From the IMG/VR virus record IMGVR_UViG_3300042908_000680, positions 64,001 to 128,000 of that record: a DNA stretch of 64,000 nucleotides; one strand, 5' to 3'. The notes under the pieces are model-generated. The model saw only the letters and a list, made by a program, of their open reading frames with translations, was not told the origin of the DNA and searched no databases. Shown in pieces: positions 58,648-64,000 of this stretch. This DNA comes from a virus. A program made the position numbers and the translations under genes. The first letter of the stretch is position 1. Each line of letters opens with the position of its first letter.

Positions 58648-60266
58648 TCTTTGTCACCTATCAAACTTGATATATACATAATTTTATCCAGCAAATTAAT
58701 TCCTAGAACATCAAACTTTACATGGCCTAATGCTTCTAAGTCTGCCATTTCAAGTCCAGCCACCTTTTCTGACGAGCCTTTTTGTTTTACCATTGGGCAT
58801 ACCTTTTGAAGTGGCTCTGCTGAAATTACCACACCGGCAGCGTGTTTGCCTTGAGTTTTAAATGTTCCCTCTATCTGAATAGCTTGTTCAAAATATTCAG
58901 CATACTCTCCCTCAAGTTTTCCATCTTCTGATATTCTACAGAAATCTCTTAGATCCTCAGAGTTATTAATCAAAGCCCACTTAATAATAGATCGATCTTC
59001 ATCATCCATTTCTGCTAATTGATCTGAGATTCTTGCTTCGTCTGGTATACAGTTACTTATAGCATTCATTTCAGAGAATGAGCAAGCCTCATTAACACGT
59101 AAAACTTCCTTAATAGCACTCTTTCCTTGAAGTCTTCCAAACGTTAACATTTGACTAACTCGACTATTTCCATACTTATCTTTTAGATATGCAATAATTT
59201 CATCACGCTTAGTACCGGGAACGTCTATATCAATATCTGGTAGAGATATATGATCAGCACTGTTTCTTCCAGCGTTATAAAATCGTGCAAATAGAAGGTC
59301 AAACTCTATTGGGTCAATCTTTGTTATACTAATTAAATATGAGATTAAACATCCTGCGGCAGATCCTCTGCCGGGACCAGATAGCCAACCCATATCATTA
59401 ACGTGCTTGATAATATCACGAACAATAAGAAAATATCCGAATAGATTAGCATCTTTAATAACATCAAACTCTTCCTTGAATCTACTCAAATACTTCTGCT
59501 TATCTTCTTCGTTTGATACCTTGTTTTGATCTATTAATATTTTCTTCCAGCCAATACGACATAGTTCCTTGAGATAATCTTCTTCTGATGCCCCTTTTGG
59601 ACATTCAAATTTAGGCAACATTGGCTTGCTGAGAATATCGTAGTCTTCACACTGGTCATAAATCTCTTTTAGTTTAGATGAGTCTAAGCCCTTAGATTCG
59701 TCTTTGTCTTTAACGTAGAAAGAGTCTTGCATAAAATATACCAATTTATCCATATGCTCTTGGGGATATTTTGAGTCTACATTTATACCACCGCTGTTGT
59801 CTGGCCTAATGCATTTCTTTATTTTTGGTAGCGTAGTCTTCATATCAGAACATAATAATATTCTGTGAAGTTTGGCATCTTCCCTATTTGTATAATAACT
59901 AATAGGCATTGATTCAGTAGGAGCATTATAGACACTAATCAAATTTTTACTGATATTTGTGTTGTCATATTGCTCTGGTAATTTACCATTTTCATCTAGT
60001 GATGAAACCATCTCAATTAACTCGTACCACCCATCTTTATTCTTAGCAAAAAGTGTAGCAAAATCAAATGAGCATCCAATGATGGGCTTTATACCCTGTT
60101 TTTTGCAGGCTTTATAAAAAGCAACTGCACCAGATAATGTTTTATAATCACAAATACCACATGCTGGATATCCATTATACTTACATTTTTTAGCCAATTC
60201 TTCTGGCTTTGAATAACCTTTGAGCAAACTGTAATGGGTATAATTCTTCAACGGGAACCAGTTCAT
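58644..60266 (-). CDS. dnaE: DNA polymerase III alpha, N-terminal part (degenerate PHP, palm, thumb)
   Basis: YSLL.G, IKPIIG, YFLIV.D, GPGRGSAAG, LLFARF, PDIDID, GKHAAGVVIS and KFDVLG, then a stop. Confidence 0.92.
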   Translation of the reverse strand: MNWFPLKNYTHYSLLKGYSKPEELAKKCKYNGYPACGICDYKTLSGAVAFYKACKKQGIKPIIGCSFDFATLFAKNKDGWYELIEMVSSLDENGKLPEQYDNTNISKNLISVYNAPTESMPISYYTNREDAKLHRILLCSDMKTTLPKIKKCIRPDNSGGINVDSKYPQEHMDKLVYFMQDSFYVKDKDESKGLDSSKLKEIYDQCEDYDILSKPMLPKFECPKGASEEDYLKELCRIGWKKILIDQNKVSNEEDKQKYLSRFKEEFDVIKDANLFGYFLIVRDIIKHVNDMGWLSGPGRGSAAGCLISYLISITKIDPIEFDLLFARFYNAGRNSADHISLPDIDIDVPGTKRDEIIAYLKDKYGNSRVSQMLTFGRLQGKSAIKEVLRVNEACSFSEMNAISNCIPDEARISDQLAEMDDEDRSIIKWALINNSEDLRDFCRISEDGKLEGEYAEYFEQAIQIEGTFKTQGKHAAGVVISAEPLQKVCPMVKQKGSSEKVAGLEMADLEALGHVKFDVLGINLLDKIMYISSLIGDKD

Positions 60267-60302
60267 ATATTTCCTTATTCAAAATCAAGAGATCAACAAT
60301 TT

Positions 60303-60341
60303 ATTATACCGCCTTGGGGGCCATAAGTCAATATGACCCCC
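60303..60341 (-). promoter_or_regulatory. Consensus sigma70 promoter of dnaE-N, with an inverted repeat around the -35 element
   Basis: TTGACT (60331-60326), 17 nt, TATAAT (60308-60303); GGGGGTCATA/TATGGCCCCC flank the -35 hexamer. Confidence 0.8.
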
Positions 60342-60354
60342 ATTCAAAATTTAA

Positions 60355-61338
60355 TTACCAACTCTTACACGCCCAATATCGACTTTTCCACTTTGGACCC
60401 GGATTATCACAATTGTGTCTAGCTCTGAAACTCTTACGTCTTTCTGGAATGTTTTTCTTAATTGTCATATTTGGATCGCCAAATCTAACAATAACAACAT
60501 TTCCACTCTCATTTTTGACGTATACTGCAAACTTTTTAGGACCATTAGAAGTTCTAAATGGTTTATTAAGAGTAACTTTTCTTCCTTGGTACTCGCTGCC
60601 TTCACCCATATACATTAAGACTCTGCCATCTTTTTCGTAATAGCCTTTGCGTCTGTATGTATAAACTTCTCCAGTTTTTGTATCTTGATATTCATATGAA
60701 CCTTCTGTTTCTTCTTCATCGTCGGTATATTCATCTTCGTATTTCCCCGGTTCATAGTATTTAACGAAATCATATACATTTTGTATATAAATTTCTGCTT
60801 TGGAAATCATATCCTTAGTCCAATCTTGGAATTCTACTGATAATTGCATAACTTTTAATTTTGTGACTATTTCCATAAGCTGATCGTGCATTTTTTGTAT
60901 TTGCTCAAGAGCCATTTCATCACCACCATCAGATTGAGCTTTTTTCCAAGCTTCTGGATCTGGACGATCTTTGTCGCCCCTTTTTGCTGGCTTGTAGTTT
61001 TTACCTTCACGTTCTTTTTTCTTACGTATATTTTCCCATAAGCCGGGTTTTTCTGCTGCAATATCATACTCTTCTACTTCTTCGCCAAAGTCTTCATACT
61101 CTGCTTGAGTTGGGATATAAAAATTTTCTTCTGTGATTTCTTCTTCGTATCCGTAATTTTCCATTTGCAATTTAAAATCAGCCGCTTCTACGCACCCACA
61201 ATCTGCGGTAGCTTGACCAATACAAATTGCCACTCTTTGAGAATTATCTGGATATTCTTTTTTCATAGTATCGCTGCCCATGCATCGTGCTACGAACTTG
61301 TCTTTATCTTCATCTTTATTTCTTTTAGGAAGTGGCAT
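60355..61338 (-). CDS. Multi-module basic/acidic protein, putative head-internal protein
   Basis: GGAGA RBS before ATG 61338; several short modules; C-terminal VRFGDP...RRKSFRARH.C...RYW domain (DUF5754-like). Confidence 0.6.
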   Translation of the reverse strand: MPLPKRNKDEDKDKFVARCMGSDTMKKEYPDNSQRVAICIGQATADCGCVEAADFKLQMENYGYEEEITEENFYIPTQAEYEDFGEEVEEYDIAAEKPGLWENIRKKKEREGKNYKPAKRGDKDRPDPEAWKKAQSDGGDEMALEQIQKMHDQLMEIVTKLKVMQLSVEFQDWTKDMISKAEIYIQNVYDFVKYYEPGKYEDEYTDDEEETEGSYEYQDTKTGEVYTYRRKGYYEKDGRVLMYMGEGSEYQGRKVTLNKPFRTSNGPKKFAVYVKNESGNVVIVRFGDPNMTIKKNIPERRKSFRARHNCDNPGPKWKSRYWACKSW

Positions 61339-62197
61339 AATTGTCTCCAAGTATTAGTTTTTTAGCGTCATTAAAAATATTATCTAAGCTTTCTCTGGGT
61401 ATTCTATTTCTAAAATAGTTGTAAGCACCCAACACCATTATGTCATTTGGATCTTTAGTTATTTCTAGCCATCCAACGAAATAATTCCAAACCCTGTCCT
61501 CTAAGACTAGTCTATATTTAACACCTTCTGGTCTACCAAATCTATGTAACCATCCTAGTTGTGGTAAGCATATTGCCCGTCCACCATTTCTTCTAAATTT
61601 TTCGTGTATATATCCTTCTTCTCCACCAAATCCTTTGAAGTGCTTATTAAAGCCTAGCCAGTTTTTTGTCTCGCATGAAAAAAGTCCAAGCCCCATCATT
61701 GGTATATCAAAAGGTTCTCCCTTTTCGTAAGCTTCTGTATTTGTCCCCCATGTTCCAAACATATCTCCACGCCAAGCGGGATCAAATTGAGTTGAATAAC
61801 TAACTTGATCATCATATATCATTGGTCCTTGTATTATATCTTTACAGTCTGGATTACTTTCATAATATTTTAATAGTGATTCTATTGCACCGGGCTTGAT
61901 TAAAACGTGGCAGTCAATAGATATTGTATATTTACCAGACGAGTTAGAAAATATTTCATTTCTTACTGCTGTACTAGCCTTTTCTTCATATGGTATATAT
62001 TTTACGTGATTTCTAAGCCACCCCGATACGTCTTTAACAGCCTGCCCGTGCTTTCCTGTTGGATTATTGTCTATAATTATTATCTCATAGTCAATATTTT
62101 TTAGTATCTCTTGGTACATTACTAACGATTGAGTGGTAAAATACACCCCATCAAAATCGTCATATGTAGCCATTCCTATTGTAAGTAATTTATCCAT
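61325..62197 (-). CDS. Glycosyltransferase family 2 (GT-A)
   Basis: LTIGMATY, EIIIIDNN, RN...G.Y...IDCH and GFGGEE. Confidence 0.8.
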   Translation of the reverse strand: MDKLLTIGMATYDDFDGVYFTTQSLVMYQEILKNIDYEIIIIDNNPTGKHGQAVKDVSGWLRNHVKYIPYEEKASTAVRNEIFSNSSGKYTISIDCHVLIKPGAIESLLKYYESNPDCKDIIQGPMIYDDQVSYSTQFDPAWRGDMFGTWGTNTEAYEKGEPFDIPMMGLGLFSCETKNWLGFNKHFKGFGGEEGYIHEKFRRNGGRAICLPQLGWLHRFGRPEGVKYRLVLEDRVWNYFVGWLEITKDPNDIMVLGAYNYFRNRIPRESLDNIFNDAKKLILGDNYATS

Positions 62198-62208
62198 ATC
62201 TCATTTCC

Positions 62209-63228
62209 TTAACCGGGAGCAGAATAGAATCCAATATCAAACCCTGACCTTGTGCAATCTTTTATGGTTTGATCCATACCCTTAGTTTTTATGCTATTCT
62301 CTATATATATACACATGTTCTGGTCGGTTTCGGGCCACTTATTCTTGCAATAGTGGCACAATTTAGTGCATTTCCAGTTCTCTCTATTGGGCGAAATTGG
62401 CTGTGGTTTTTCATTCTTTTTTATGTCTAGAAACCTTTCCTTTAGCATCTCCAAGAACCTTTTTTCATCAGCTTTATCAAAACACATCGAAAATGGACCA
62501 CCATCCTTAATAAAAAAGATACTCATTATTGACTGCTTGTACTGTGGGAAAAGCTTAGAAATTGCATAATTATATAGCAATAACTGAGGATCTGAACATA
62601 ACTTACCATATGTCTTTTCCTCACCAGTAGCCCAATCTAGCCTGCGACCTGTCTTCCAATCTATTACTTCGATAATGCCTTCTTCTGTTTCTGTAACTAG
62701 GTCAATTGTACCCTTAATAGCAAGTTGCCCCTTAACTTTTTGACCATTTACTTCATACTCGTAAAACGCCCAATCTTCATCAATTGGTATATCAAAATGA
62801 GGCTCTGCCGCAACTATTTTTCTTAGTCTGGGATCAAACTGACCATCATTATACTTTAGGGTATCCCAAACAAGCTTTAAGCACAAATCTTTATCGCCCT
62901 TAGTAAAAGTATGCTTAGAGCCGCCGGTATAGAAATCAAAACTTCTAGATAATAACTTGTCAACTAATGTGTCTGTTAACAATTCATTCTTTTTAATAGA
63001 CACTGTTTTTAAAGCATCATCTTCTATTGATAAAGTTAACTTCTTGGGATTGTCTTGTTGGTACTTTTTAAGTTGGGCTAGCGTTTCCATGACCTTATGA
63101 ACAATAGTGCCTAATTCCGCTTTTTTGCCACTATCTGGTTGATGCCCAAGTACATATGTTATGAAATACTGCATCTGACAATATGCATAATTATTATAAC
63201 TAGATGATCGTATGTAAGTTACTAGCAT
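62209..63228 (-). CDS. Cas4/AddB-like PD-(D/E)xK exonuclease
   Basis: SS....C, GTIVH, KGTIDL, VIDWKTG, QLLLY and C-terminal CxxxCxxC. Confidence 0.85.
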   Translation of the reverse strand: MLVTYIRSSSYNNYAYCQMQYFITYVLGHQPDSGKKAELGTIVHKVMETLAQLKKYQQDNPKKLTLSIEDDALKTVSIKKNELLTDTLVDKLLSRSFDFYTGGSKHTFTKGDKDLCLKLVWDTLKYNDGQFDPRLRKIVAAEPHFDIPIDEDWAFYEYEVNGQKVKGQLAIKGTIDLVTETEEGIIEVIDWKTGRRLDWATGEEKTYGKLCSDPQLLLYNYAISKLFPQYKQSIMSIFFIKDGGPFSMCFDKADEKRFLEMLKERFLDIKKNEKPQPISPNRENWKCTKLCHYCKNKWPETDQNMCIYIENSIKTKGMDQTIKDCTRSGFDIGFYSAPG

Positions 63229-63969
63229 TTAAAATCTCCAAAAGGTATTATTCTTGAGTTCGTCACATAGAACTTCTAGTGTCATATTATGATTATCAAT
63301 CACTGTATCAAAATTGTGCCAGTCAAATTTATCGCTATCTAATGATGACTCTGACTCAGAATCACTACTGAACATATTCCTAGTTAATCTGATGACAATT
63401 CCACCATTGTCTTTTATAGCTTTAACTTCGTTGGGGAATCTAACATCTGGAACGATAGCCAACTGAGAATCTTCATCTAATATTTTATTTATTGTGGCAT
63501 GTACCCAAGCATCTGATTTGACTCGTCTTATTATCTTAGTCCCAAAGTACTCTAAAAACTCTCTATGAGTCATGCTTCCAGCTTTATTTGTTTCTGTTGG
63601 CATTTCTTCCCATAGGAAGGGTGTATATTCATTCTTTTGGTCATCACTACCATATACGTTCTTAGAATTAAGTCCGAATAGATTGACTGACATATCCTTT
63701 AAGTAATCTGCGAAATGGTATACTTTGATATAAGGCCACAATTCTCTTTGTGCATACTCAACAAAAATTGAGTCTTTTCTGGTAACGTCGAATATTCCAT
63801 ATCCACTTGTGCCAGTTATATCCTGAGTATTTATTAACAAGTTGCCATCATCGCTAATAGCAAAGTCATTAATCATGGACCTTTCTTTTAGCACTTGACC
63901 ATTAATATAATTTGCTACAGTATTTTTACCAGACTGTTTTCTACCAGAAATACCAATGATTTTAACCAT
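63229..63969 (-). CDS. Deoxynucleoside monophosphate kinase
   Basis: IIGISGRKQSGKNT, FADYLK, REFLE.FGT...R, DVRFPNE and IDN. Confidence 0.88.
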   Translation of the reverse strand: MVKIIGISGRKQSGKNTVANYINGQVLKERSMINDFAISDDGNLLINTQDITGTSGYGIFDVTRKDSIFVEYAQRELWPYIKVYHFADYLKDMSVNLFGLNSKNVYGSDDQKNEYTPFLWEEMPTETNKAGSMTHREFLEYFGTKIIRRVKSDAWVHATINKILDEDSQLAIVPDVRFPNEVKAIKDNGGIVIRLTRNMFSSDSESESSLDSDKFDWHNFDTVIDNHNMTLEVLCDELKNNTFWRF

Positions 63970-64000
63970 TTATTGTTCCCTTAACCTGTGGTATGATAAT

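Noticed and set aside
62209-63228. CRISPR-Cas system suggested by the Cas4-like gene
   Set aside because: No repeat-spacer array or other cas genes in the window; solo Cas4-like nucleases are common in phages.
1-64000. Alternative genetic code, tRNA or rRNA genes
   Set aside because: Standard-code ORFs tile the window almost completely, and the dnaE break is not a single in-frame stop. Intergenic gaps are short and I recognised no cloverleaf; tRNAscan was not run.
63957-64000. 3' end of an upstream minus-strand gene
   Set aside because: Only about a dozen codons are visible, so it cannot be identified.

Overview
A 64 kb, AT-rich and very gene-dense segment of a large tailed dsDNA phage (Caudoviricetes; no sheath gene seen, so possibly siphovirus-like). 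It has two convergent arms that meet at a terminator near 43.04-43.06 kb. The + strand arm (1-43 kb) is virion morphogenesis: a mucin-like FN3/Ser-Thr/poly-Gly/Cys-rich protein, neck, fibre, tail tube, paired chaperones, a 2397-aa tape measure protein (TMP), a 3739-aa FG-GAP tail protein and tail-tip proteins. The - strand arm (43-64 kb) is replication plus glycan synthesis: dNMP kinase, Cas4-like nuclease, a DnaE split into two genes around a DEDDh exonuclease and an HNH remnant, SSB, and a ~13-gene glycosyltransferase/methyltransferase/WecB cluster. The best candidates for undescribed biology are: (1) a phage-encoded virion protein O-glycosylation system, with Ser-Gly-biased and Thr/Ser-rich structural proteins as putative acceptors; (2) a TMP that looks like a polyprotein, with nuclease-like and HExxH peptidase-like cargo between repeated [FY]AxGG...PGEFV motifs; (3) an intein-free split DnaE; (4) an integrin-alpha-like propeller plus VWA architecture. 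All product calls come from reading motifs by eye; no database search was run.
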